A stretch of DNA of 64,000 nucleotides from Penicillus capitatus (GCA_965649825.1 OZ287697.1:2245826-2309825); one strand, 5' to 3'. Positions 27,341 to 40,023 are shown, counted from the stretch's first letter. The notes: generated by a model not told the origin, from the letters alone. Numbers and translations are program-made.

Positions 27341-27910
27341 TTAAGGATAGAATGGATGCGGCGTGTTTAGAAATCCGGCCATCCACAACGCCAGAACAGC
27401 CACTGCTCCCAGGATTGCCAGACTTCTGTTCTGTTCTTCCTGGAAGATAATCTTCTTCATTGCATAGATCATTCTTTCTTCATCTGTTTCAGGCACAACT
27501 CTTCTTTCTGTCTTCTTCTCTTCAGAAAGTGAGTTACGCGTTTCTCGATCGGTCGACGTGTCAGATGGTCCCTCTTCCTCTTCATTGCTGTCGGACGGTT
27601 TGACAAATATCTCGGCAAATATGAAAGCAACGATGGTTAAAAGGATAATGTATTCCCATGGAAAATCTCTGATAACTTCTCCTTGTTTCAAAACGAGATC
27701 CCTGAATGTGTCTCCGTCAAATATGCGCTGCGGCCTTGGGAAGAATGTTTCTGGCCGAGGGAACAAATGCTTGGGTATCTCCCAAGAAAGAGGACGAGCT
27801 TGTATTGATAGGCGTTGTCTTCGATGTCTGACAGTGAAAAGGACGCGGTGCTGTGTCCTTGTGGATATCTTGAAGCAAAACCTAGCGACCCGGTGCATCT
27901 CCGTCTGCAT
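27341..27910 (-). CDS. Hypothetical 2-TM membrane protein with organelle transit-peptide-like N-terminus
   Basis: 189-aa ORF with a basic Arg/Ser/Thr-rich N-terminus, two hydrophobic segments (YIILLTIVAFIFAEIFV, LAILGAVAVLALWMAGFL) and an acidic linker. No family recognised. Confidence 0.6.
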   Translation of the reverse strand: MQTEMHRVARFCFKISTRTQHRVLFTVRHRRQRLSIQARPLSWEIPKHLFPRPETFFPRPQRIFDGDTFRDLVLKQGEVIRDFPWEYIILLTIVAFIFAEIFVKPSDSNEEEEGPSDTSTDRETRNSLSEEKKTERRVVPETDEERMIYAMKKIIFQEEQNRSLAILGAVAVLALWMAGFLNTPHPFYP

Positions 27911-28091
27911 GGTAACCCCGTAGCCTCTGATGTGACAGGATGCGTCTTGTGGAGAGTATGTCGTCGACAGACGCAGCAGACATTGTCTGCTGATCTTTGT
28001 CTGCCATCACGACTCCCTTCTGCTAATGGCATCGGTTGAGTGCTTCGTTTGACACTTTCGACATCATCGATGCGATACGTAAAAGACACGC

Positions 28092-29019
28092 ATGTATCAG
28101 ACATTTGGACACGATTGCGCTCGCGTGGAGAACATGGAGGACGTCGACAGGGTCCTCGACATTTGTCGAGGTGTCATTCGCAAAAAGAGCATCCGCATTC
28201 AAGAATTCTTCGTCGACTTTGATCGCCTGCGGTAGATTCCATTGTGTCGTTGGAATCTCTTTGCACTTACAGAATCGCGATGGGCCTGCTAACAGGACGG
28301 GAGTCGTTCACACGAATCATTTCATCAGTGCTTTGGGAATTGGCGGAATCGACAGACTGCTTCATGTACACCCTGCTCATACTCAACCTCTATCTCCTGT
28401 TCACTCTATGCTTCCTTAAACGGCACAGGAGAATGATTTGTCGACACTCGAACGCCACTATCTTATCGAAAGAGAAGGATTCCCTGATATGATCAATTAT
28501 AAAGCGTTCTGTAACGATGTCGCCTCAAAGGTGCGACACATATCGGCTGTGACAGAATCCAGAGACATGCAAGAACACTCGTTCATTTCAGGGTCCGAAT
28601 AGTGCGCCTTTTACGTATACCCTTCCAAGGAAGATGCTCGGATTAGAAGAGGAAGCTCGATTGCAAGAACTGGTGGCTGATATTGCCGAATGTTGTCGCA
28701 AAAAAGGTATCCAATCATCTTTGCTTAAAAGGAGAAAGGCATCTGGAGGAGTATCTCCCTCGTAGGGATTCTTGTTAAACCCATGTTTGTGGATTTTGCC
28801 AACAGCAACAACAGTACAAAGTTAGTGAGCCATGTGACAAAGCATCAGTTTCACAGAGTCCTCGATGCCAAACTCGGAATCCGACTCAGCGAAGAAGATG
28901 TACAACTGCTCTGTGAGAAATATTCCAATTCTGAGTACGTAGAAATGGTGAACTATATTGCCTTCTCGAACGATGTCATTCCAGAAGAAAGGCCATACAA
29001 TCCATACACCGAAGTGTAA
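28092..29019 (+). CDS. EF-hand-like two-repeat protein (flagellar-associated type), multi-exon
   Basis: Two homologous modules: IRIQEFFVDFDRLR|TGVVHTNHF..ALG..MINYKAFCNDV and ILVKPMFVDF..VTKHQFHRVL..LG..LSEEDVQLLCEKY..VNYIAFSNDV. Confidence 0.6.
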
Positions 29020-29913
29020 CCAATTCGAAAAGTGTGATGCTGACTCACTATATAGAAAGTAGTTTCCGGTAGACAGTACCAATTAACATGCCTCATTTGA
29101 ATGACAGCGAGTCAGTCACCCCTTTCCATCGTTTTTTGACAGACACAGCACTTTGCTTTCTTGTCTGTTGGGTCGCCATAAATCAGTTATTCGCGTCGAG
29201 AACGTGCACATTTCGAAGCAACCGAAACGCCGGTCCATATTGCAAGGCCTATTTCATGCATGCGTCTGTATGAATCCACCGTATCCCTTCGGCGCACAGA
29301 AATCTCTTGTTCCAACGCACTTGCGGATGATCCGCTTCACTCAGGTACAGGCGCTGCTACGCTTTGCGTTTTGTTGGATCGATTCGTCTGCATCTGTCTT
29401 CGCGCTTCGATTCGAGGCCTCTCTTTCTAAACCTCAGGCGCATGAATTTACGGATCTATCTTCAAATGCCAGACAGTATAGGTCTCTCTGAGGAGAGATT
29501 GGAATGCCTCTGTGTCATCGCCCACAACAATGTTGAAGGCGCATTCGTTTTCAGATTCGACATTTTTGTTTTTGTCTTTACTTAGTGCATCTCGAACGGC
29601 GATGGGATCTTTGGCAGAGCCACCACCCCCAATGGATCTCAAAAGGGGATGCTCTCATGTTTGATACAAACAGGCAGAGAGAGGGATGGAGAAAGGGAGG
29701 GAGGGACAATAGAGGCAAACGTCAATGGATTTGAATCGTCAATTGTCCGTCCTCAATTTGATCTCTGTCACATCAGCGTGAGTCAACCTACGACCCGCCG
29801 CGGTAAAAAGACCTCAAACCTAACCTGCATTTCATCCACAGTCATTCCTTGCGCGTTTTCTCTCTCCGTCGCATTGTTCGTTTGTCAGCGGCAAAAGCTT
29901 CGTTTTTAAAAAA

Positions 29914-30694
29914 ATGGACGGAATTGTGAGAACGTTGTTGCAAGACTCCGCCGGCGAGGCAACTGAGCCCGAGGCGGCAATCGTCGAGGAAAAGCAAGAT
30001 ACAGCGCCCTTCTTTGGCTTCATCGGATCTGCAGCTGCGCTCGTGTTTGCATGTAAGGGGCGCGCTTTTTCGTTCTTCTCGGCGTCGAAAACGGTTAATT
30101 CGCTGTGCCTTGTTGTTTTTCGGTCGACCATCCAAGGCGGCTGTTCGCCGCCGCGTCTGTGCCTTTCTAAGCAGTGTGCGCAGGCATGGGTGCCGCTTAT
30201 GGAACGGCAAAGAGTGGTGTGGGTATCGCTTCTATGGGAGTCATGCGACCTGAATTGGTCATGAAGTCCATCGTGCCAGTGGTCATGGCTGGTGTGTTGG
30301 GTATCTATGGCCTCATTATCGCTGTCATTATCAGCACAGGAAGTAAGTGGTATTCACTCAACCTGTCTCGTTGCCGAGACTGTCTGTGCACGGACAGTTG
30401 AAGAAGAGGACTACAACCTGTTCAAGGGATACGGACACCTGGGTGCTGGATTGTCTTGCGGACTGGCTGGTCTTGCAGCTGGAATGGCTATTGGCATTGT
30501 CGGCGATGCAGGAGTCAGGTAAATCGTTGTCTTGTGTGTGATCCATTGACTTGTGTTGTCTTGTTCTGCCTAGAGCCAATGCACAACAGCCAAAACTGTT
30601 CGTTGGTATGATTCTGATTCTCATTTTCGCTGAGGCCTTGGCATTGTACGGTCTCATTGTCGGAATTATCCTTGCACAAAAGGCCACGGCCTAA
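29914..30694 (+). CDS. VHA-c: V-type H+-ATPase 16 kDa proteolipid subunit c, 4 exons
   Basis: [68 protein letters not shown]|[27 protein letters not shown] (essential Glu). Confidence 0.98.
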
Positions 30695-30860
30695 AACAGC
30701 TTTCGAGACTAGGCAAATCTCTTTTGGCTTCTTCGATCTTTGCCTTGTTTCCCTTTGACGCTTAATTGTCGGTGTTTGAAGATGATTTTAAGGAATTTGG
30801 TCGATTTATATCTCCCAGCGGTGAAACGACAGGTCGATTTCGATCCATCCATGTGCAATC

Positions 30861-32692
30861 ATGCCAAAGAAAAGGGTGGCTTACTTCTACGACAGTACGC
30901 CTGCACGGTTTAGCGACACACGATGTTCGATCGCTGCGTTGTCGATGGCAGATGCGCTTGGAAACTTCTACTTCGCCAAGAACCATCCCATGAAGCCACC
31001 ACGGTTGGCGATGACGCATCACTTGATTCTCGGATATCAGCTCCATGAGAAGATGGATATCTTTGTAAGCTGCCGCCTTTCTCTGTGCACAGACCTCTGA
31101 CACGTCTCCTGTCCCCGAGCGGCCGCGTGAAGCTACGCCAGGCGAATTGTCTTCGTTTCACTCACCGGTCTGCGTCGAATGATCGATACCTCCGGGCCAA
31201 TTCTTCTGTTGTCTACAGGAATATATCGATTTCTTGTACGAAGTCAACATGGAAAACCAACATGTATCGATCTGCAGGCGCTAGACAGCAATGAAATGCA
31301 ATGTGCTGTCAGCTATACACAGATGAATTCCAGAAGTTTGGCATTGACTGGGACTGTCCTGTTTTCGACGGATTGGCACAATTTTGCCAGCTGTACTCTG
31401 GAGCTTCCATGGGTTCGCTGCACCTACCTGTCATTTCAGTTATCGATTGCCCTCACATACGTGTGTTCTATCGACAGAGGGCGCACAACTTCTAAACAGT
31501 GGACAATATGACATTGCCATCAACTGGTCTGGCGGATTGCATCACGCCAAGAAGCTGGGTGCATCTGGCTTCTGCTATGTGAACGATCTCGTTCTGGCAA
31601 TTATTGAATTGCTAAAGTCAAATGCCCGCGTTCTTTATGTGGACATCGATGTGCACCATGGAGACGGGGTCGAAGAGGCATTTTACGCATCCGATCGGTG
31701 CGTCTCACGCTTCATTCTTCTTCCCACACATGGTCTACATTCGAGTGTTTGTACCCATAGTGTTTTTACATTGAGCTTTCACAAGTATGGGGAGAGTTTT
31801 TTCCCTGGGACAGGTTCACTGAACGACATCGGAGAGCAGATGGGACGATACTATGCGCTGAATGTCCCTCTTAAGGATGGAGTCGATGATGCATGCTTTC
31901 ATTCTCTCTTCAAGCCCATTGTAGCAGAAATCATTCGTGTCTTTCATCCATCTGCCATCGTTCTGCAATGCGGTTGGTACTCCAAGTATCTCACCATAAC
32001 CATCGCATGTTTCTTTGGATTGACAGGTGCGGACAGTCTGGCAAAGGATCGTCTGGGCGTCTTCAATCTATCACTGAGTGGACATTCGGAAGCCGTTCGT
32101 TACGTCAAGAGCTTCAACATACCGCTCCTTGTTACAGGCAATACTCTAACAGTAAAGGAGGGGCCAAGATGTATAAGCATTCCAGGTGGTGGAGGATACA
32201 CAAAAACGAATGTGGCTCGATGTTGGGCTTATGAGACGTCTGTTTTGGTGGACACGCCCATTGACGAGCACATTCCTCCAAACATCTACTACGAATACTA
32301 CTTGCCTGATCAGAAAATCAGCATTGAGCCAAAGAAGGACATCATCAACCGCAACTCAACATCGGTCTTACACTTGGGTCTGAACTGTTCTCAATGAACA
32401 TGATGGGTCATTACAGGAGCTTGACAGAATAAGGGCAAAGGTTGACGACCATCTCCGACACCTATCAAACGAATGCTGTGCGTCCTTGAATCCATCGATG
32501 GTATCGTCTGACTGGATCCGAGTGCTTTTGTTTGCAGGTTCTCGGCTGAAACGTTTTCCGCCTAAGAAGTGCTTATCTCAGATTCCAGTAGAGACAGAAG
32601 CCGAAGAAGACAACATTAGGAAATACACTTGGCAGCATTTCCGAAGTCGCGAACATCCTGAAGAATCGATCACATCGCTGTCTTTCTTGTAA
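30861..32692 (+). CDS. HDA9: Class I histone deacetylase (HDAC3/HDA9 type), multi-exon
   Basis: [66 protein letters not shown]|ADSL, VTG|GGGYT. Confidence 0.95.
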
Positions 32693-32852
32693 GTGTCTTT
32701 TCATTTTCCACGTCACTCTGTCGTCTGACGCGACGTTCTGCCGGAACGCGCGTGAATCTCCCCGGCAGCGGGTTGGAAGTTTGTCGCGTTGGCAGCCCCT
32801 TTTTCTTTCAGACCACACTCGCAGCGTCACATTCCTTCGTCTGTCTGCAACA

Positions 32853-34757
32853 ATGGAGTACAAGGACTACTCTCTGCCAGAGTTTCCCCTGAATGTCATT
32901 GCCGAGGTGAATCAGACACAACTCGATGTCAAGGACGATCCCATGGACATCGATGACTCCGCCTTGCGCGCAGACCCAGGCGTCGCCAATGAGGATAATG
33001 TCACAACGACGACGAATTCAGCTGTCGCCTATAAATCTACGCTCAGTGCTTGTCTGGATTTCTTTTACCAGGTGAACGACACAGCGTCGCTCGATAAGAT
33101 GAACGAATTGATTGAGGCTTCTTGGAAAGAAGATGCCAATGTCACGCTGCGTCTCATTTTTCAGTTAAGAGACATACGAAAGGGAAAGGGCGTGTACAGA
33201 CCCTTCCTTTACTGTCTCTCGTGGCTGAGGCACAACCATTTTCAGACACTGCTCTGCAACTTGGAGCACGTCGCAGAGGTCGGCTACTGGAAAGATCTGC
33301 TCGACCTCTTGGTCCTCGAGGTCATGAGCGGAAAAAGTTATGAAGGATATTGCCAGGCTGAACAGAGACGGGCCATATCTGTCCGGAAGTGGACAGAGAA
33401 GAAGAAAATCACAGAACTGAACCTGGACAATCCCAAGCCCAAGCCCAAGCCAAATGTGAAGATTTGTCAGATTGCCAAAGATGGCAAAATTGACAGAGAG
33501 AAAGCAGCAAAGGCAGCAAGAGATATGTTTGTGACTGACGAAAAGTATCGAATGCTTCATGTTCGGGTGGCATCGTTGTTTGCTGAATCATTGAAAAAGG
33601 ACTTGACGGCCATGAAGGAAGAAAAAGGAGTGTCTTTGGCATCGAAATGGGCACCGACAGCTGTCAAACATCACGACAAGTACACGTTGATTGTGTCCTC
33701 AATCAGCCAGCTACTGTTTCCGCATCACACTTTGCAGAAAGAAGGCCGCAGTTACGCACAGTATGTCTCTATTGCGAGAGATTTATATCGAAAGGTCTAT
33801 TTGACGCCATTACGGCAGTACTCGAAGATTGCTGAGAGATACATGTCAGAAAACCGTTGGAACGAGATTCCTTTTGAAAGAGTGCCTTCCAAATGCATGA
33901 AGAGAAACAAAAGATTGTTTACGGAAAAAGACAAAGAGAGATTCGAAAAGTATTTGGAAGATGTGCAATCGGGAAAGAAAACGATCAAGTCATCTGCCAT
34001 GTTCCCACATGAAATGGTAGCAGAAGTGATGGACAAGGACACAAGCACAATGGAAGAGGCTGTCCTCAAGACGATCCAGCTTCAATGGGAAGCTTATGTA
34101 AACAAGCTGAGAGAATCTGGATCGCTGAGCAGTTGCATGGCTATCTGTGATGTTTCAGGCAGCATGTACGGTATCCCCATGGAGGTCGCCATTGCACTGT
34201 CATTGCTTGTGGCAGATTTGGCCGAAGAACCCTTCAAAGGACTCGTTTGCACTTTTAGCGACGTGCCGGAACTCTTTGTTGTCCCAGATGGGCCACTCGA
34301 TGTCAAAGTGCAGGCCACCTTGGGAATGAACGTGGGAATGAATACTAACGTTGATGCCGTGTTCGATCTCCTTCTGGAGCGCGCCGTACAGAACAAACTT
34401 CCCAAAGATGATATGATCAAACGTCTTTTTATCTTCTCCGATATGCAGTTCGACCAAGCATCCGTTGAAGGGAAGACAAATTTTGATGTTGCAAAAGAGA
34501 AGTTCGTGGCTGCTGGTTACGATCTTCCGCAGATTGTGTTTTGGAATCTGAGGGGTGGAGGTGCTGGTGATTGGATGTATCCGGGTCATCCAGATACTGC
34601 CCCTGTCGTGAAATTCGAAGAAGGAACAGCATTGCTCTCTGGATACTCAGGACAGATGATGAAGCTCTTCCTGGAGAATGACATTGAGTCATTTAATCCG
34701 GTCGATGTTTTGATGGAGTCGATCAAATCGTACACGTACGTGAGAGTGGTTGACTAG
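32853..34757 (+). CDS. DUF2828 / TROVE-like plus vWA domain protein, intronless
   Basis: LRLIFQLRDIRKGKG, GYWKDLL, SLASKWAP, RVPSKCM, PHEMV, vWA MIDAS-like AICDVSGSMYG, FIFSDMQFD, IVFWNLR, LLSGYS. Confidence 0.85.
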   Translation: MEYKDYSLPEFPLNVIAEVNQTQLDVKDDPMDIDDSALRADPGVANEDNVTTTTNSAVAYKSTLSACLDFFYQVNDTASLDKMNELIEASWKEDANVTLRLIFQLRDIRKGKGVYRPFLYCLSWLRHNHFQTLLCNLEHVAEVGYWKDLLDLLVLEVMSGKSYEGYCQAEQRRAISVRKWTEKKKITELNLDNPKPKPKPNVKICQIAKDGKIDREKAAKAARDMFVTDEKYRMLHVRVASLFAESLKKDLTAMKEEKGVSLASKWAPTAVKHHDKYTLIVSSISQLLFPHHTLQKEGRSYAQYVSIARDLYRKVYLTPLRQYSKIAERYMSENRWNEIPFERVPSKCMKRNKRLFTEKDKERFEKYLEDVQSGKKTIKSSAMFPHEMVAEVMDKDTSTMEEAVLKTIQLQWEAYVNKLRESGSLSSCMAICDVSGSMYGIPMEVAIALSLLVADLAEEPFKGLVCTFSDVPELFVVPDGPLDVKVQATLGMNVGMNTNVDAVFDLLLERAVQNKLPKDDMIKRLFIFSDMQFDQASVEGKTNFDVAKEKFVAAGYDLPQIVFWNLRGGGAGDWMYPGHPDTAPVVKFEEGTALLSGYSGQMMKLFLENDIESFNPVDVLMESIKSYTYVRVVD

Positions 34758-35311
34758 ACCATTTGTTGTTCGACAGAAAGAGAATCGTCCCGCTGTTGAG
34801 TGTTTTTTCGCTTAGAGAAGTCTACGAGGCCCCTCGTTCCTGAATTCGGCCATTTCTGAGCATGCTGACCACTCACGTCTGTTCACCAGATCAATGGAAT
34901 GGAAAACAAAACTCATGTCTGTCAGTCATTCATGGACTAAATGGAAATCATGTCACATGGTTATCAGCTATAAAGACAGCACACAGAGAACAGCGTCGTT
35001 CCCGTGCTTACAATCAGAAGCAGTGGCATTAGGCGCAAACAAAATCTGATGAAACAATCAGGCATCTAGCTCTCAGTATCTGTCAGGAAACAGAGAGTCG
35101 GCAATTGACAGTTTGGCAAGAGCGGTGGTTTATGCCAGAAGATCCGTTGCTTGGTGTAAAGAATGTCATGTTTCAAACAATCGTGCATGCAACACTCTTC
35201 CTAACCAAGGATTCTTCTCGTGGGAGATAGATAGATAGATGGGCAGTATGGGCGAGGATGAGATTTCTTGTAGAGTGTGGATAGAGACAAGGAATACCGA
35301 GGACTGTGGCT

Positions 35312-38300
35312 TCACATGCTTGTCTCCATGTCACTTCTGTCCTGACGAGCCTTGTACTGATGCATTCCGGTGTAGAGCATTTGCATCTCATCCTTATGCG
35401 TGTCCAATCGAAACCTAAAGACAGAAATCGTCCACGAGATAGAGAATTGAGGTCAGCGATGGATCGTGCAACATCTCAGACCTTAATCTCAGGTTGGGTA
35501 CATTTGTTCTCTGAATATCGTTTCCTTCTGGGCCATTGAGCCAAAAATACTCGGCGATCCAATGCTTCTTGCATTCATCCGGGAACCCCGAATGCAGTAC
35601 ACTATTTCTTGCAATCTCGCACAAATCCGTCGAACTCAGTTTCCAAACCTATTTTCCATACTTCTGAGAAGAGTCGTCCCTTTCAGAATCTACAAACATA
35701 CCTGAGCAGCGATACTGTACTCCTCGACAAGTGGCTCTCTTGTCAGATGTATTTGGAGTGGATCGTCTGTGGACAGGCTGACATTCAATCCCCTTGCAAA
35801 GAAAATAGGAAAGGGGTTCTTGTGGTAATCGAGGAACAGCGAATTGTTCGACAGCGGAGACATACAAATACCTGCGGCAACGACAGGTCTACCAAAAAGA
35901 GAGAATGACAACATACCGATCTGAGAAAGGTAATAGAGGTATTGGAGGGGCGGCACTCTACGCAGATTGATTCCGTGTGAGATGTTATCACACATCATGA
36001 AAGCACAGGCCAGCTACAGCGACATGGCAACCCATTCAACAGAGAAATGCCAAACAGAATGGCTAACATGATCAGAGTCTCCTGCTTCACCACAGTGCGG
36101 ACGGAATGCAAACGTGTTAAGACCTCTCAGTTCTCTGAATTTGTTCAGGATGTATAAATTCGCATAGATATAGAAGGCATAGTAAGCGTATGGTGGATTC
36201 TGATCTGTTTTCCAGTCTTTGGGAAACGGCATGGCTGGTACAACTCTTCTTTCGCTTCGAGATTCATCGTCCACAGTGTCGAAACCGACGACCTCAACAT
36301 GAATCCTGAGATGGCAGACGAATAGACCAGCTGCATGGACGTACTTGTTTGAGAAACATATGCAGTTGAGGGTGGCTCGATGGATCATGAGTAACTTCAA
36401 ACAACGGCTGAAAGATGTTGCGCAACATATCCTCAAAGTTGCTCAACATGCCATTTGTTCGATAAACATTGTACAATCTGGAGACCAAAACGTCGTTTAG
36501 ATGCAGGCAAGGTAACTTGATTATTCGTTCACCTGGGTATCTGAATGAGCCACACAACATTGTTGGAAAAGAGTTGATGTTTGCAAATCCAGGAGGACAG
36601 AATATCCCATTCGACCTGTTTCACAGAATGAAACGACATGGCATTCAGTCAGTTAGACACCCTCCTGATGCTTTTCTTACCTGTCGACTGCCATATATAG
36701 ATATTCTGTACTCGGCGTGTTGGTATTTGGAGTTTTGTAAGTCTTCGAAGACCTGTTTAGTCAATTCAGCCAGATAACGTCCATGAATCAGGTTCTCCTA
36801 CATCAATCAGCATTGGGATCCGCAACACTGTATCTGAAGAAAGCATGAACTGTGCCTGTTTGATGAAGATCTCTCTCAGTCTGCTCTGACCAAAAGGATT
36901 GTATTTCAGATTGAATTTATCAAAACGATGAAAGATGCTCTTGTCGACGTGCATATCAAGCATATCCACATTCAGATCATAGCCTTTGACGGCAACACAG
37001 GGACAGTTGCCGCTTGAATGACGGTAAATGCATGCTAAATGACTTGTAAGTTGCAACGACTCGAACACTTCTTTCAAAGTGAGATACTTTCCATCTCGAA
37101 AAATAACAACCTCGTTTGGCTCTTTCTTCAATTTGGATTTGATGAATCTCAGCAGGTGCTTCTGGTGCATACATGCTGCGTGATGCACGTGCGTGTCCAC
37201 CTATGAAGACAGAATGGAATGAAGTGATATCCTGACACAGTGTGTCCAGCATATTCACTTTTCGAACATTATAGAAGTCTCTGTGTGCTGCGCTCTTCTG
37301 TGCAGCTGCTTCGGTATCGGCATTCATCATGACGTGAAGGTTGAACTTTTGCTCAAGGAGCATAAGTCTTTGATAGCAAAAGCCTTTGACAGATGCCAAC
37401 GATGTCAATTTCGTCAACCACTGCATATCACGGAAGAAATCGGATGCACCTCCTAAATCAAGCACGCGTTGAGCACTTTACAATGACAACAACCAGGCCT
37501 GGCAGAAATGCAGCCTTTTCTCGGGTTAGTCTCAAGTGGATTTGGAAAACGCCATTCTCGAGATTGAAGTGAAAATCTGACGGCGGTAGTGGATCGTAAG
37601 TAAAAGGACTGAATCCTGGAATGTCGCCTGGACAGACAGCATCCACAAGATTCTAAACACAACAGCTGTACAGCACAGAGATGTTTCACTCATCCCCGAC
37701 TGGCTTATTTGCAGGCTTTCTGTACTCAGCCATTTGAAAGAACCACTTCTCTCGCAGTTTCATGGCTTCTAGAAGCTTAAAGCAGGTATCTTCTGCTTCC
37801 TCAGACATCGAGTTCTCTGGAGTGATCACTCTACAGTAATCTTCACGCAAATCCGGATCATCGAAGGTCTGCATGGATGGCGAGTTTCTGTCAAGAGAGG
37901 AATGGTGGCACTAACTCTTGTGCGTTCGTTGACAGTTTCAAGTCCTCTTCCAACATCAATCTTCATACCCTTATGCTCATAACTTCCAATGTGTTTGGTT
38001 ATACCTACATCGATCAGCAAAAAAATCAGATATTGTTATAAACACTTCTACACTGGCCGTAGAGGCTCTTTCTACTAGTACCTGTGGAGGTTTTGGGTCG
38101 GATGAGTACATGCTGCAGCTCTCTCGACACAGTTGGAACATCACTCGGCACGTCCTATAAGGAAGAAACACGCAAACGATTCATCGCACTGAGATGCATA
38201 TAAAACAAATTCTCACTTACGTCAGAAGTGGAAGGAAGACTGCCGTAAGCATGCTGCTGGACGAAAGGAGCCTCATCATCTGTCACCATCTCCTAACAGC

Positions 38301-38843
38301 AACAGGCGATCCATTGAGTGCATTTTCGACATTGCTGACCCGTTGTAAGAGCTGAGTGCGTGGAGTGGATGGAAAAACGGGAGGGGAACGCAACTGCAGA
38401 GCACAGAGTCAGATTATGATGAAATAGAATCGCACATTCAACATAGTTTCTTTGTTCGTTGAGTTGAGGCATAGATCTGGTTCTTACAGGTGCAGCTTCA
38501 GTACAGATTTCTGGCACAGTGCCTCCAATACCACGACCGTATCCGGGCGAACACCTAGTATTCTGCCGCCGATGTGGACTCTGTGACCTGCTCCTGCTCA
38601 TCCATAAACAATAAAACAGTTATGGCAACCGTTTGACGACAAGATGGGAGTGTCTCACCTGGAAGTGGAGCCCGTGTTCCTGTTAGAATGCCTTCTTCCG
38701 TCCTTTTCTCTTGTACGTCTATTCGAAGGCTCGTGCGTTTCGCTCATGTACTTCGAAACCAGGAGAGAAACGCCGGTCGCGAGAACGACTCCCAGAAGGA
38801 CGCCTTCAATGAGAAATGCATAGCGCGTTTGGTCGGACATCAT
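35312..38843 (-). CDS. AMPD: AMP deaminase with N-terminal membrane anchor (plant FAC1 type), many exons
   Basis: HRDFYNVRK|[67 protein letters not shown]|VWKLSS. N-terminal [22 protein letters not shown]. The start assignment is an inference. Confidence 0.93.
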
Positions 38844-38877
38844 CTCTGGCGGATAGATGACATGTATCGTCAGCTAA
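38844..38877. promoter_or_regulatory. 34-bp spacer between divergent AMPD and copine start codons (inferred bidirectional promoter zone)
   Basis: Geometry of the inferred start codons only. Confidence 0.35.
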
Positions 38878-39812
38878 ATGGGTTTGTGTTGCAGTCGAGA
38901 CCTGCCATCCGATACACCGCCACGTTTCAAGAAAATACCAGACAAGTATGAATCGTTGGAGGAAGTGTCTCACGCCTTGCGTCAAGAAGGACTCGAAGGC
39001 TGCCAGCTGATTTTGGGAGTCGACTTCACGAAGTCGAATACATGGACAGGCAAATATACATTCAATGGTATACGGTTAGCATCTTTACAGTCCTTCAAGA
39101 AGCCTCTGTCTGTTTAGGACGAAGTCTTCATGCCACCGATGGGCCGTTGAATCCTTATATGGTAGCGCTCTCCCTCATTTCCCGAACGCTGGAGTCCTTT
39201 GATGACGACAATCTGATTCCCTGCTACGGGTTTGGTGACATGTCTACACGAGGAGACGCCGTTTTTTCATTTCTCCCTAAAAACGCGCCAGCTCATGGCC
39301 TTCAACATGTACTGCAGATATACAGACAGGCTGTGCCCCATATAAATCTATCCGGGCCAACTTCATTTGCTCCTCTGATTCGACAGGCTTTGCGAGAAGT
39401 TTACAAAAATGATATGGAGTTCACGGTGCTGGTCATCGTTGCAGATGGCCAAATCTCTCCGAGCTGTCGAGCGGATACAGTTTCTGCTATTGTCGAAGCA
39501 TCATCGTTTCCTTTGCCGATTATCATGATCGGTGTGGGCGATGGTCCATGGGACACTATGGAGGAGTTTGATGATCAGTTGCCTGCCAGAAAGTGGGACA
39601 ATTTTCAGTTTGTTGAGTTTGACAAAATTTTCAGAAATGAAAATCTCCAAACAGAAGAACGAAAGGAAGCTTCATTTGCCCTTCACGCACTGATGGAATT
39701 GCCAGATCAGTTTAAGATTGCACAAGCATTGATGGGTATGAATGCAAAGCCTCGAGTAGAGCAGATTATGAATGCGATCTCTCCGGCAATACTGAGGGAC
39801 CCGCCGTACTAG
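38878..39812 (+). CDS. Copine/vWA protein of RGLG type, lacking a C-terminal RING, 2 exons
   Basis: MGLCCS (myristoylation/palmitoylation-type start), LILGVDFTKSNTWTG, FDDDNLIPCYGFGD, SGPTSFAP, IVADGQ, GVGDGPWD, WDNFQFV, FALHALMELP. Confidence 0.88.
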
Positions 39813-40023
39813 AGACTAATCCTATTCATGGAAAGCCTTTCAGATGGATAAGGCCAGGGAAACCCTTTGCTTGGTTGAAGTCTTTAGATTTCGTCTCTAG
39901 ATCCGTACTTAAGCTCAGCATTCGTGTGAAAATCTATCCGCCGATTTGTTTGAACATGTCATTATTGTTTAAGATTCAGATCGTTTGTGTGTTCCCAGTG
40001 CCGCTGTCGCGAGAAATCACGAA

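Noticed and set aside
29100-29830. Possible small minus-strand gene (ORF 29448-29642)
   Set aside because: I could not thread a consistent start, splice pattern or domain. Left unannotated.
35225-35242. (GATA)n run, and the PKPKPKP run at about 33430-33450
   Set aside because: Trivial short microsatellite or low-complexity tracts.
34758-35311. Longer ORF-poor gaps (also 16385-16961 and 41751-42219) as ncRNA loci
   Set aside because: Each lies between convergent stop codons and is adequately explained by two 3' UTRs. No tRNA, snRNA or long hairpin was recognised.
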